Of a DNA stretch of 64,000 bases, positions 31,692 through 41,684 are shown one piece after another (the first letter of the stretch is position 1; each line of letters begins with the position of its first letter). Made by a program: the position numbers and the translations under genes. Source of the stretch: an uncultured Roseovarius sp. GTDB lineage: Bacteria > Pseudomonadota > Alphaproteobacteria > Rhodobacterales > Rhodobacteraceae. A model generated the notes under the pieces. That model worked only from the letters and a program-made list of their open reading frames with translations, was not told the origin of the DNA and searched no databases. The stretch covers positions 25,916 through 89,915 of the forward strand of contig CANMFU010000004.1 in assembly GCA_947497295.1 (NCBI GenBank). Direction: 5' to 3'.

Positions 31692-32717
31692 ATGACCTCC
31701 AACTACGACCGCCCCCTGACTTTGCGTGATGTGTCCGAAGCTTCGGGCGTGTCTGAAATGACCGTCAGCCGCGTGCTTCGAAACCGCGGAGATGTATCCG
31801 AATCAACCCGCGAGCGGGTTTTGGCCAGCGCCAAGGCGCTGGGGTATGTCCCTAACAAGATTGCAGGAGCGCTGGCATCCAGTCGGGTCAACTTGGTGGC
31901 CGTCATCATTCCGTCGATGTCAAACATGGTTTTTCCTGAGGTGATGACCGGAATCAACGAGGTTCTGGAACAGACAGATTTGCAGCCCGTGATGGGCCTG
32001 ACCGACTACACCCGCGAGAAAGAAGAGAAAGTTCTCTACGAGATGCTGTCGTGGCGGCCCTCTGGCGTGATCATTGCGGGGCTAGAGCATTCCGAGGCTT
32101 CGCGCGCGATGTTGAGGGCCTCTGGAATTCCTGTGGTCGAGATCATGGATGTCGACGGCACCCCGGTCGATTCGGTTGTTGGAATTTCGCACCGCCGCGC
32201 GGGCGAACAGATGGGGCGTGCAATCCTGAAGGGGGGCTATCGGCGCATTGGATTCATGGGAACGACGATGCCGCGCGATCATCGCGCGCGCAAACGGTAT
32301 GAAGGCCTGACCGATGTTCTGGCCAAGGCCGGTGTCGAAATTGCCGAACGCGAGTTTTATTCGGGCGGCTCGGCACTGCTGAAAGGGCGCGAAATGACCC
32401 AAACGTTGCTGGAGCGGGACCCGGAGCTGGATTTTCTGTATTACTCTAATGACATGATTGGCGCTGGAGGATTGCTGTGGCTGCTGGAGCATGGCTATGA
32501 CATTCCCAATCAGATCGGACTGGCCGGCTTCAACGGGCTGAATATGCTCAAGGGGCTACCGTGCGAACTGGCGACAATGGATGCCTGTCGCCACGAAATC
32601 GGCAGGCGCGCAGCCCAGATCATTGCAGACCGCTCGCAGCCAAATGCAGACCAGGCGCCGGTCCATATCGCGTTGGAGCCGACGATCAGCTATGGGGACA
32701 CGCTGCGCAGACCATGA
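31692..32717 (+). CDS. LacI-family transcriptional regulator (GntR/gluconate-type)
   Basis: HTH TLRDVSEASGVSEMTVSRVL, YVPNKIAGALAS and a sugar-binding domain. Confidence 0.92.
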   Translation: MTSNYDRPLTLRDVSEASGVSEMTVSRVLRNRGDVSESTRERVLASAKALGYVPNKIAGALASSRVNLVAVIIPSMSNMVFPEVMTGINEVLEQTDLQPVMGLTDYTREKEEKVLYEMLSWRPSGVIIAGLEHSEASRAMLRASGIPVVEIMDVDGTPVDSVVGISHRRAGEQMGRAILKGGYRRIGFMGTTMPRDHRARKRYEGLTDVLAKAGVEIAEREFYSGGSALLKGREMTQTLLERDPELDFLYYSNDMIGAGGLLWLLEHGYDIPNQIGLAGFNGLNMLKGLPCELATMDACRHEIGRRAAQIIADRSQPNADQAPVHIALEPTISYGDTLRRP

Positions 32718-32732
32718 CGACATACGGCCTTG

Positions 32733-33476
32733 TCAGGTCAGCAACATCCAAAAGCCCATTGCGAGCATCATCAGGTTTTCGGTCAGCGATACAAACCCCA
32801 GCGGCACATCACTGTCGCCGCCCGCGCAAGCGCATTTCAATTCACGACGGTCAATATAGACCGCCTTGAACACAGACACCGCGCCGATGCCCCCGATAAT
32901 TATGGCAACTGGTGACGCCAGCCATATCAGGGCACCCGATAACATCAAAATACCTGCAAACGCTTCACCAAAAGGGTATAGATACGCGTAGCGAACCCAG
33001 CGACGGGCCAGCAGGTCGTAGTTCAGAAACATGGTCGAAAAACTTTCAACGTCCTGCAGCTTTTGAATTGCCAGTACGGTCATTGACAGCGCGATGAACC
33101 ACTCAAATGTCCGAACACTGAGCAGCGTGCCAAACGCAGCCCATGACAGCGCCAGCGCCATCAAAGCGGTTGCGACGAAAATAGCGATGATCGGCGTATA
33201 GCTTGTCTCGCCCTCTTCGCGCACATCTTGGCCAAAATGTCGGCGCAGCGCATCGTGGCCACCGATTCGCTCTCCTTCCAAATATGTCTGAGGCGTTGTA
33301 TCGACGCCCGCCTGCTTCATGAAATCGTCGGTTTCGCTGCGTGTCTTCAGCAGATGATCTTCAACTTCATATCCTTCACGCTCCAGCAGCGCCTTGGACT
33401 TCAGGCCGAACGGGCATAGATGCCCCGGCATGGCCATTCGGTACAATTTAGCGGTTTTCTTTGCTGTACTGGGCAT
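32733..33476 (-). CDS. Glutaredoxin-like domain fused to MauE/DoxX-like membrane domain
   Basis: HLCPFG, TTPQ and RIGGHD (Grx fold), then TM helices with FLNYDLLA and KCACAGG. Confidence 0.85.
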   Translation of the reverse strand: MPSTAKKTAKLYRMAMPGHLCPFGLKSKALLEREGYEVEDHLLKTRSETDDFMKQAGVDTTPQTYLEGERIGGHDALRRHFGQDVREEGETSYTPIIAIFVATALMALALSWAAFGTLLSVRTFEWFIALSMTVLAIQKLQDVESFSTMFLNYDLLARRWVRYAYLYPFGEAFAGILMLSGALIWLASPVAIIIGGIGAVSVFKAVYIDRRELKCACAGGDSDVPLGFVSLTENLMMLAMGFWMLLT

Positions 33477-33552
33477 TGCTCCATCCTCTGTTTGCATAGA
33501 GTGGTAACGACCCTCCCGCGCTGGAAAGTTCCAGAATCGGTGCAGAATAACG

Positions 33553-33584
33553 AAAACCCCCGCTTGCCGAGGGCAAACGGGGGT
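33553..33584 (-). terminator. Terminator after petC
   Basis: ACCCCCG...CGGGGGT stem with an AAAA tract on the + strand, i.e. a U-tract on the minus-strand transcript. Confidence 0.7.
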
Positions 33585-33611
33585 CCATCTGGTACCAGAG
33601 ATGCGCTGCTA

Positions 33612-34484
33612 TCAGTGCTTTCTTTTCTTGCCCTTGATCGGCGCCCAGAGACGCTTGTTCGTCAGGTAGAGAAGGACGGACAGGATTGTCAGGAACAACA
33701 CCCCTGTCAGGCCTGCATTTTTACGCGCCATCAGCTTTGGCTCGGCAGTCCACATCAAGAATGCAGCAACGTCCTTGGACTGCGACTCGATCGTGGCCTC
33801 GTGGCCATCGTCAAATTCGACATCATCGCCCCAGAGAGGCTGACCCATCGAACTCCAGCTGCCGGGAGTTGTATGATTCCCGTTCTCATCCTTGCACTCG
33901 TCCGGATAGCCACCGACTGAGAACGCCGCGTTATAGCTGCCCTCGAAATCCTCGGGCGCGCATTCGGGAGGATCTTCGTAGGAGGTCAGCAGATTATAGA
34001 TGTACTCTGGACCGCCGATGCCCTTGACCAGCTGGTTGATGCCGGTGCCGTAGGGGCCGTGGAACGCGGCCCGCTTTTTCGCCATAAGCGACAGGTCAGG
34101 CGCAGTATCCAACCCCGACATGGGGAAGTGATCCGACGGCTTCGCTTCGCGGTAATCGTCCAGCTCGGCATCGAAGATCTCGAACTGGGACGCATACGCG
34201 CGCACCTGATCTTCGGGCAGTTGCGGGCCGCCATCGTCATGCAGCGTGCGGATCGGTACATATTGCAAGCCATGGCAGGCTGCGCAGACCTCGGTATATA
34301 CCTTGAGCCCGCGTTGCAGCTGAAGCGTGTCGAATTTGCCAAACGGCCCCTCGAAGGAGAAATCGACATCCTCCATGTGCGCCGCTGCGCCGGCGGCATT
34401 TGCCATACCGCCAGAAAACGCAGCAAGCGAGAGGGTCGCAGCGACCGCCAGAGGTGCGCCAATTTTACTGAACATTGTTTTCAT
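33612..34484 (-). CDS. petC: Cytochrome c1 of the bc1 complex
   Basis: Signal peptide, CAACH heme motif, PDLSLMAK and a C-terminal TM anchor. RBS GAGAGGA before ATG 34484. Confidence 0.97.
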   Translation of the reverse strand: MKTMFSKIGAPLAVAATLSLAAFSGGMANAAGAAAHMEDVDFSFEGPFGKFDTLQLQRGLKVYTEVCAACHGLQYVPIRTLHDDGGPQLPEDQVRAYASQFEIFDAELDDYREAKPSDHFPMSGLDTAPDLSLMAKKRAAFHGPYGTGINQLVKGIGGPEYIYNLLTSYEDPPECAPEDFEGSYNAAFSVGGYPDECKDENGNHTTPGSWSSMGQPLWGDDVEFDDGHEATIESQSKDVAAFLMWTAEPKLMARKNAGLTGVLFLTILSVLLYLTNKRLWAPIKGKKRKH

Positions 34485-34492
34485 GTCCTCTC

Positions 34493-35836
34493 TCATTCGG
34501 CTGGTTTGACGATGGTATGGGTGCCACCGGTCTGCGCGTCGTAATGCGCATTGAAGTCGTCCTCGATGGTCGCAGGCTGCGGCAGTGGTTTTTCGATCAC
34601 ACCCAACAGCGGCAGGATGACCAGGAAATACGCGAACCAGTAAGCCGAGGCGATCAGCGAGATGACACTGTAGATGCCTTCGGCCGGCATCGCGCCTGCC
34701 CACATCAGCACCATGAAATCAAGGCACAGCAGGCCAAACCACCATTTGAACATCGGGCGATACCGGCCCGAGCGCACGCTGGACGTGTCCAGCCAGGGCG
34801 CCAGCGCCATGACAGCGATCGCACCGAACATCGCAAGAACACCAAAGAACTTGGCATCGATGATGCCGCCTGTGATCCAGCTGGCCGCAATCACGACCCA
34901 GACATCGCCGGTGAAGGCACGCAGGATCGCGTAGAATGGCAGGAAATACCATTCAGGCACGATATGCGCGGGCGTGACGAGCGAGTTAGCCTCGATGTAG
35001 TTGTCCGGGTGACCCAGATAGTTAGGCATGAAACCGACGATCGCAAAGAACACGACCAGAATAACCGCCAGTGCAAAAAGGTCCTTCATCACGAAGTAGG
35101 GCCAGAACGGAACAGTGTCCTTTTCCGCTTCGGCCTTGGACGTGCGGCGCACTTCGACACCTGTGGGGTTGTTGTTGCCCGTGGTGTGGAAGGCCCAGAT
35201 ATGGACCGCAACCAGCGCCGCAATGACGAACGGCAGCAGGTAATGCAGGCTGAAGAAACGGTTCAGCGTGGCGTTATCCACCGCAGGTCCGCCCAGCAGC
35301 CATGTCTGGATCGGCTCTCCGATGAACGGGATCGCGCCAAACAGGCCGGTAATAACCGTGGCGCCCCAGAACGACATCTGACCCCAGGGCAGAACGTACC
35401 CCATAAAGGCCGTCGCCATCATCGCCAGATAGATCAGCATGCCAATGATCCACGTCACCTCGCGCGGGGCCTTGTAGGAGCCATAGTAAAGGCCGCGGAA
35501 GATGTGCAGGTAGACGGCGACAAAGAACAGCGAGGCGCCGTTCATGTGCAGATAGCGGATGAAATGCCCGCCCCGCACGTTGCGCATGATATGCTCGACC
35601 GACGCGAATGCAAAATCGATATGCGGCGTGTAATGCATCGCCAAAACGATGCCGGTGATGATTTGCAGCGCCAGACAGAACGTCAGGACGATGCCCCAGA
35701 TCCACATCCAGTTAAGGTTCCTGGGTGTCGGAAGCATCAGTGTGTCATATAACAGCCCAACAACGGGCAAACGGCTGTGAAGCCACTTTTCGCCCCGCGT
35801 GCCGGGTTCGTAATGATCGTGCGGAATACCAGCCAT
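34493..35836 (-). CDS. petB: Cytochrome b of the bc1 complex
   Basis: [27 protein letters not shown] and [12 protein letters not shown]. Confidence 0.99.
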   Translation of the reverse strand: MAGIPHDHYEPGTRGEKWLHSRLPVVGLLYDTLMLPTPRNLNWMWIWGIVLTFCLALQIITGIVLAMHYTPHIDFAFASVEHIMRNVRGGHFIRYLHMNGASLFFVAVYLHIFRGLYYGSYKAPREVTWIIGMLIYLAMMATAFMGYVLPWGQMSFWGATVITGLFGAIPFIGEPIQTWLLGGPAVDNATLNRFFSLHYLLPFVIAALVAVHIWAFHTTGNNNPTGVEVRRTSKAEAEKDTVPFWPYFVMKDLFALAVILVVFFAIVGFMPNYLGHPDNYIEANSLVTPAHIVPEWYFLPFYAILRAFTGDVWVVIAASWITGGIIDAKFFGVLAMFGAIAVMALAPWLDTSSVRSGRYRPMFKWWFGLLCLDFMVLMWAGAMPAEGIYSVISLIASAYWFAYFLVILPLLGVIEKPLPQPATIEDDFNAHYDAQTGGTHTIVKPAE

Positions 35837-35849
35837 CTATTTCGTGTCC

Positions 35850-36434
35850 TTATCCCAATTTGATCGTTGATTCGTCGACGAATTCGGCAACGGGAATCCA
35901 CAGGTTCTCGGGCGCGGGCCCTTTGCGGATGCGTCCGGCCGTGTCGTAATGCGAGCCGTGGCAGGGGCAGAACCAACCGCCGAAGTCACCCGCGCCGTCA
36001 CCAATAGGGACGCAGCCCAGATGGGTGCACACGCCGATCATCACCAGCCACTCTTCAGCGGCATCGCCTTCGGCGCCGGGCATGGCCAGCGTGCGGTTCG
36101 CGTCTTCCGCGGACTGAATGCCATCCAAGTTCGGGTTTTGCGATGTAGGATCAATCAGGTCCTTCATTTCGACATCGCGCGCGGCCTCAATCTCGGCCTG
36201 GTTGCGGCGGCGGATAAATACGGGCTTGCCCAGATACTTGACCGTGATCTGGGTGCCAACTTCGACATCCGCGATATCGACCCGGATCGAGCTGAGCGCC
36301 TGAACGTCCGCCGATGGGTTCATCTGGTTGACCAGCGGCCACACGGCCGCGCCGGTCGCGACGACGCCTGCGCCTGCGGTGGCATAATAGAGGAAGTCCC
36401 TCCGGGTGCCTTCGTGATCGTCTGCGTGGGACAC
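35850..36434 (-). CDS. petA: Ubiquinol-cytochrome c reductase Rieske subunit
   Basis: Tat motif RRDFL, CTHLGC and CPCHGS. Confidence 0.99.
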   Translation of the reverse strand: MSHADDHEGTRRDFLYYATAGAGVVATGAAVWPLVNQMNPSADVQALSSIRVDIADVEVGTQITVKYLGKPVFIRRRNQAEIEAARDVEMKDLIDPTSQNPNLDGIQSAEDANRTLAMPGAEGDAAEEWLVMIGVCTHLGCVPIGDGAGDFGGWFCPCHGSHYDTAGRIRKGPAPENLWIPVAEFVDESTIKLG

Positions 36435-36574
36435 GAGGTTTACTCCATTCTAGAGGGTCCAGAAGCAGACCCGTTCGGTTTCCCGGGCCGCAGTAGACCC
36501 GCGACCTTTACGGTCTGGGTTTTAGCGGGGCTTTGCCAGCCCGTCCAGTGTGCAATACCCGCTATGAGGCAGCA

Positions 36575-36589
36575 GCGCCGATGTGTCGC
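36575..36589. promoter_or_regulatory. Candidate RegA/PrrA site upstream of petA
   Basis: GCGCCGATGTGTCGC fits GCG-N7-GNCGC. petABC is a known RegA target in Rhodobacter capsulatus. Confidence 0.45.
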
Positions 36590-36655
36590 GCTTGAGGCAC
36601 TCGCCCGCGCGGTGTAAGAGATACTGAAATCTCGTCCCATCAGAAAGCGTCCGAC

Positions 36656-37336
36656 ATGCTTAAAGTTCTTCAGACCGCCGCCGCAGTGACCCTGCTTCTG
36701 GCCTCCCCCGCCGCCGCAGAGTTCGAACTGAGCCTCTATCTGGGCACCCAGACTGCCAGCGATAGCGATGCGTCCGGCTATATGCCGAACACCGGCGCAC
36801 CAATCAGCCGAAACGTGAACTGGGAGGGAAAATCCTTTGACGCGCCCATATATTATGGTGGCCGCGCAATGTGGTGGACCAATAGCAATCTGGGCTTCGG
36901 CATCGAAGGCACCCACACCAAGGCCTATGCCAGCACCGCTGACAAGGCCGCCATGGGCTTTAGTCGGCTTGAATTCACCGATGGCCACAACATCATCACC
37001 GCCAACGTCATGAAACGTTTTCCCGGCGCGTTTGAAGGCAGCAACTTCACACCCTACGGTGGCGCAGGCATCGGTGTTGCCATTCCGCATGCCGATATTC
37101 TGGCCGTTGGCGCAACGAACCGCACCTATGACTACGAGATGACGGGCCTTGCTCTGCGCGGGATTGCAGGCATGAAATACGCGCTGACCGATAATTGGGC
37201 GCTATTTGGTGAATACCAGATCACATGGTCGGACAATGATGTGACGATCGATGGCGATCTCGGCGGGGCGAACGGCAAACTGCGCACCGAATTGGTGACA
37301 CATGCCGTCAACGTCGGTGTCAGCTACAGTTTCTGA
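36656..37336 (+). CDS. Outer-membrane beta-barrel protein, LpxQ (lipid A oxidase)-like
   Basis: Signal peptide, PIYYGGRAMWW, EFTDGHNIITAN, PYGGAGIGVAIPH and terminal VGVSYSF. Confidence 0.7.
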   Translation: MLKVLQTAAAVTLLLASPAAAEFELSLYLGTQTASDSDASGYMPNTGAPISRNVNWEGKSFDAPIYYGGRAMWWTNSNLGFGIEGTHTKAYASTADKAAMGFSRLEFTDGHNIITANVMKRFPGAFEGSNFTPYGGAGIGVAIPHADILAVGATNRTYDYEMTGLALRGIAGMKYALTDNWALFGEYQITWSDNDVTIDGDLGGANGKLRTELVTHAVNVGVSYSF

Positions 37337-37361
37337 TCTGCCGCCACTACCGTTCCAGATC

Positions 37362-37391
37362 AAAGCCCGGCCTATTCAGGCCGGGTTTTTT
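37362..37391. terminator. Bidirectional terminator between convergent genes
   Basis: AAAGCCCGGCCT-ATTC-AGGCCGGGTTTTTT. Confidence 0.8.
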
Positions 37392-37974
37392 GCATGCTGG
37401 CGCGCTGTGAAAAGACGTCCAGCCACGCCGCCAATTGCGGGCGATGCGTGCGCCAGCCGCGGTGCCCCTGCCGAAAGTCGATATAGCTTAGCGCACAGGC
37501 AACCGCGATCTGCCCCATGTCCAATGGTCCGGCCAGATGGCTCATCCAGCGCGTCTCCAAAGCGTCCATGGCGCTGGTAATCTTGGCCCATTGCGCATCA
37601 AGCCAGCCGTCCCATTGCTTGTCTTCGGGGCGCATCCGGATTTCGTAGATCATCGACACGCCTGCATCCATGATTGCATCGCCCATCGCCTCCAACGTCA
37701 GCGTCTCCCACACACGGGTCTGCGGGTAGAGGGCGCCGCCGGCCTGCGAATCGAGGTATCTGCAAATCACACGACTGTCGTACAAGGCCGGACCGTCGGC
37801 GCGAATCAGCACCGGAACCTTTCCCAGCGGATTCGCGGCAACCACCGCGGGATCGCTATTGATCGGAGTCGTCGTCACGTTTTCCTGCTCGACAGCTTCT
37901 GTCATGTCCAATTCGTGCAATACGGCAGCGACCTTGCGGGCAAAAGGCGATGTCGGCCCCATCAACAGTTTCAT
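37372..37974 (-). CDS. Glutathione S-transferase family protein
   Basis: SPFARKV, NPLGKVPVL and LYDSRVICRYLD. Confidence 0.93.
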   Translation of the reverse strand: MKLLMGPTSPFARKVAAVLHELDMTEAVEQENVTTTPINSDPAVVAANPLGKVPVLIRADGPALYDSRVICRYLDSQAGGALYPQTRVWETLTLEAMGDAIMDAGVSMIYEIRMRPEDKQWDGWLDAQWAKITSAMDALETRWMSHLAGPLDMGQIAVACALSYIDFRQGHRGWRTHRPQLAAWLDVFSQRASMQKTRPE

Positions 37975-38039
37975 TGGGTGCTCCATTTTCTGGTGTCATG
38001 TCGTGCAGCGTAGAAGGACGGCCAATAGCTGTCCAGCGC

Positions 38040-38651
38040 TCAGGCGCCGCGCATCAGCGCGGCCAGAAGCCGGGTCTCCTGCCCCATACCATAGGCATCC
38101 ACGTGGTCTGCTGCCGATTGCCGCACCGGACCGGGCTTGTTCTGGTTCAGCTTCCAAGTGCCCAGCACCTCGGTGATATTCATACGGCACGGCACGATCT
38201 GGCGCATCATCCGGTCCAGCACGTCCGGCGTCATCTTGGCCGTGGTCCAGGGCGCTTTCGGCGCCAGCCTGTCCTCGAACACGACCGATTGCCGGTCCAG
38301 CAGATCGCACAGCTCCGCCTGGGGCCGTAGCGCGATTTTGCCGATCAGATGCACGGCGACGTAATTCCACGTCGGCACCTGATCCGCCGCGCCGTACCAA
38401 TCAGGCGAAATGTAGGAATGCGGGCCTTGCACGGCCAGCCGCGCAGCGGTGCTGCCACCCATTCGCGCAATTGGGTTCGAGCGGACAAGGTGGAAATCCG
38501 CCACGTCCCCAGCCGCGTTCAGGATGAACGGAATATGACTGACCAGCGGCGCACCATCTGCCGCAACCGCCAACATGCCAAAGCCCTGATGCCGCGCGAA
38601 ATCGAGGTTAAAGGCGGATGTCGCACTGCGATATATCGTGTTCGGATGCAT
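38040..38651 (-). CDS. FMN-binding negative transcriptional regulator (PaiB family)
   Basis: SHIPF, HLVRSNP, YISPDWY, VPTWNYVAVH and WKLNQNK. Confidence 0.9.
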   Translation of the reverse strand: MHPNTIYRSATSAFNLDFARHQGFGMLAVAADGAPLVSHIPFILNAAGDVADFHLVRSNPIARMGGSTAARLAVQGPHSYISPDWYGAADQVPTWNYVAVHLIGKIALRPQAELCDLLDRQSVVFEDRLAPKAPWTTAKMTPDVLDRMMRQIVPCRMNITEVLGTWKLNQNKPGPVRQSAADHVDAYGMGQETRLLAALMRGA

Positions 38652-39901
38652 CAGGCCGCGATCAGCCGGGCGCCGCACGCGCCGGTGATATGCGCCGCTA
38701 CGATCTGCCCCTCGGCACGGGGGGTGTCAAAATGCACCTCGGTAAACTGCTCGGTCCGGCCCATCAGCGGGCTTTCCATCAGGACAGCATGAGCGCGCCC
38801 CACCTGCTGCGCCAGATGCCGCGCGACCTGCGCGTCGCCAGCGGCACGCAGCCGCGCGGCGCGCTTCTTGATCGCTGTGCCATTCACCTGCGGCATCCGC
38901 GCGGCAGGCGTGCCGGGGCGGGGCGAGTAGGGAAAGACATGCAGCCATGTCAGATCGCACTCAGCGACCAGCGCGAGGGAGTTTTCAAAATGCGCCTCCG
39001 TTTCGGTCGGGAAACCGGCGATGATGTCGGCGCCAAAGGTCATGTCAGGGCGCAGGCGGCGCGCCTCCTGGGTAAATGCAATCGCGTCATCGCGCAAATG
39101 CCGCCGTTTCATCCGCTTGAGAATCAGATCGTCGCCATGTTGCAGGCTCAGATGCAGATGCGGCATCAGCCGTGGTTCGGTCGCGATGGCCTGCATCAGA
39201 TTGTCATCCACCTCGATCGAATCGATCGAACTGATGCGCAGGCGCGGCAGATCCGGCACCAGCCGCAGGATGCGCATCACCAGATCGCCCAGCTTTGGCA
39301 GTCCGGGCAGATCAGCGCCCCAGCTGGTCAGGTCAACGCCGGTCAGCACCACCTCGTTATAGCCGCGCTGCACCAGCCGCTTGATCTGGTCCACCACAAC
39401 ACCCACCGGAACGCTGCGCGAATTGCCCCGGCCATAAGGGATAATGCAGAACGTGCAGCGATGATCGCAGCCGTTCTGCACCTGCACATAGGCGCGGCTG
39501 CGCGTGCCGAAGCCGTCGATCAGATGCCCGGCGGTTTCGGTGACTGACATGATGTCATCGACCTGCACCGGCTCGGTCCCGAAATTGCCCGCCAGCCCGG
39601 CCCAGGTGCCTGCCTGCATCTTTTCGGTGTTGCCGATCACGGCGTCGACCTCGGGCATGGCCGAAAACGTTGCCGGTTCGGTCTGGGCCGCGCAGCCGGT
39701 GACGATGATCCGCGCATCCGGGTTGTCGCGGCGCAGGCGGCGAATGTCCTGGCGCGCCTTGCGCACAGCCTCCGATGTCACGGCGCAGGTGTTGACCACC
39801 ACGGCGCCCTCCAGCCCGGCGGCGGTGGCCAACTCCTTCATCGCTTCCGTCTCGTAGGCGTTCAGGCGGCAGCCGTGGTTGGAAAAGATCGGCGCGTTCA
39901 T
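38651..39901 (-). CDS. mtaB: tRNA t6A37 methylthiotransferase
   Basis: [15 protein letters not shown] and radical SAM motif [14 protein letters not shown]; follows dapF. Confidence 0.95.
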   Translation of the reverse strand: MNAPIFSNHGCRLNAYETEAMKELATAAGLEGAVVVNTCAVTSEAVRKARQDIRRLRRDNPDARIIVTGCAAQTEPATFSAMPEVDAVIGNTEKMQAGTWAGLAGNFGTEPVQVDDIMSVTETAGHLIDGFGTRSRAYVQVQNGCDHRCTFCIIPYGRGNSRSVPVGVVVDQIKRLVQRGYNEVVLTGVDLTSWGADLPGLPKLGDLVMRILRLVPDLPRLRISSIDSIEVDDNLMQAIATEPRLMPHLHLSLQHGDDLILKRMKRRHLRDDAIAFTQEARRLRPDMTFGADIIAGFPTETEAHFENSLALVAECDLTWLHVFPYSPRPGTPAARMPQVNGTAIKKRAARLRAAGDAQVARHLAQQVGRAHAVLMESPLMGRTEQFTEVHFDTPRAEGQIVAAHITGACGARLIAA

Positions 39902-40731
39902 TGCAGGCTCTCCAGAAACTGCGGCGTCAGGGTGCCGCTGGCCACGTGCATGGTCGGGCCGGTCATCCACACGCCATCGTCACGCCAGTCGATCATCAGC
40001 GTGCCGCCGTCCAGATCCATCCGCACCGCGCGCCCCGTCAGTCCGCGCCGCGCCGCCGCGACCGCCACCGCGCAGGAGGATGACCCCGAGGCCAGCGTCA
40101 GGCCCGCCCCCCGCTCCCACACCCGCATGCGGATGTGGTCGGGGCCGATGATGCTGGCCACCTGCACATTCGTGCGCTGGGGAAACAGCGGGTGATGCTC
40201 ATAGCGGGGGCCGAACTGCTCCAGCGGAATCGCCTCGGCATGGGGGACGAAAAACGTGCAATGTGGGTTGCCCATGCCGGTGGCAACCGGGCCGCCCTCA
40301 ATGGGCAATTCCAGCGTATCCATTGCCTCCGCCAGCGGGATGTCCTGCCATTCCAATTGCGGCGCGCCCATGTTCACCGCCGTCAGCCCGCCGCCCGCGT
40401 CGCGCGCATGCAGATCGCCCCGCACAGTGGTGAGGTGCAAGGCATCCTTGTCGCCCTCATCCATCAGATAGCGCGCAATGCAGCGAGTGGCGTTGCCGCA
40501 AGCGCCTGCAATGCTGCCATCGGTGTTCCAAAAGGTCAGATGTGCATCCGCGGCGCCCTTCGTGATGACCGCCAGCTGATCAAACCCGATCCCGCGCCGC
40601 CGGTCCCCCAAGGCCCGCGCCAGCGCCGCATTCATTGGGACGCCGCGCACACGCGCGTCGAAAACGACAAAGTCGTTTCCCAGCCCGTGCATCTTCATGA
40701 AGGGCAGACCGATCTGCGCGCGCGTGTCCAT
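39898..40731 (-). CDS. dapF: Diaminopimelate epimerase
   Basis: [26 protein letters not shown] and TLASGS. Confidence 0.97.
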   Translation of the reverse strand: MDTRAQIGLPFMKMHGLGNDFVVFDARVRGVPMNAALARALGDRRRGIGFDQLAVITKGAADAHLTFWNTDGSIAGACGNATRCIARYLMDEGDKDALHLTTVRGDLHARDAGGGLTAVNMGAPQLEWQDIPLAEAMDTLELPIEGGPVATGMGNPHCTFFVPHAEAIPLEQFGPRYEHHPLFPQRTNVQVASIIGPDHIRMRVWERGAGLTLASGSSSCAVAVAAARRGLTGRAVRMDLDGGTLMIDWRDDGVWMTGPTMHVASGTLTPQFLESLQ

Positions 40732-40839
40732 GCGGCGGCATATAGACCCCTGCCGGAAATGAATCCAGAGATTGCGTATGATTAGCGGCAGAATTGGGGT
40801 TGACCCCCGGCCCATGTCTTTCTAATTACGCCAACTAGT

Positions 40840-40915
40840 GGGCCGGTAGCTCAGTTGGTAGAGCAACTGACTTTTAATCAGTAGGTCCCGGGTTCGGATC
40901 CCGGCCGGCTCACCA
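40840..40915 (+). tRNA. tRNA-Lys(TTT)
   Basis: GGGCCGG acceptor stem, CTGA-CTTTTAA-TCAG anticodon arm and encoded CCA. The T-loop reads TTCGGAT (G at position 58). Confidence 0.95.
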
Positions 40916-40946
40916 CTTTTCAACATTCGTGACGCGTCACGCGAGT

Positions 40947-40969
40947 CTGCCACAAGTGGCAGCTTTTTT
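40947..40969 (+). terminator. Terminator-like hairpin after tRNA-Lys
   Basis: CTGCCAC-AA-GTGGCAG followed by CTTTTTT; the loop is very short. Confidence 0.5.
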
Positions 40970-41249
40970 GCCACATATGTCTCTTAGAACTTCTACAAAT
41001 TCATGTGTTGCAAGTGATTGTTGGTGTAACGGTTCATCGTCAATCAGGGACGATCATAGTTAGCCACATTGCGCACCTTTTCGTCCCCTTTGATTCGAAA
41101 CGGTTTCCGCGGCTAAATTATCCTGAGAACGCTCTCGACTCCGATCAGACTGGTCCACGCCAGTTGCCCTATCGAAAGACGAGCAAAAGAGAGTGAAAGC
41201 ATCGTGGTGCACTGAGGCGTCAGAAAGCCGCTTGGCATCGGGTGAGGCG

Positions 41250-41475
41250 AAGAAGGCACGGCGGTTCACGCGATGCGCCATACCTTCCGTTAACCAGGAG
41301 TTGCTTGCGCAGCAATCTGCCGAGAGAGGCCAGACACATGACAAAATAATCGCATCCTATTGGCAAACCACTCGTTGCTGGGCCGTCTTGACGCCGCAAC
41401 CGAAACCTTCGCCGAGCATTTCAGTCATCAGCGCTACCGTGTGGGCCTGAACAGCCTAATGCTCTCCGACGTCTA
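41250..41475 (+). pseudogene. Possible tyrosine-recombinase C-terminal relic
   Basis: One frame reads HAMRHTFR*...*...LLGRLDAATETFAEHFSH, resembling HxxRH...LLGH...T..Y with stops. It lies just downstream of a tRNA. Confidence 0.35.
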
Positions 41476-41684
41476 ACGCGGAGGGGACCAAATCTTTCTG
41501 AAGTAAAGAGAAAGGATCATACGAAAGACACCCGAAACGCAGCGCTTGCATCACAGACAACGCGCCGCATAATGCAAACAACCAGATAAGCCAGTCTCTT
41601 TCTGAGTTTAGGTTGTCGTTGGCACAAAAAACCCTGACGACGGACACTTGGTCAAATGCTCTGAACCGCTAGGGATGACCTGAT

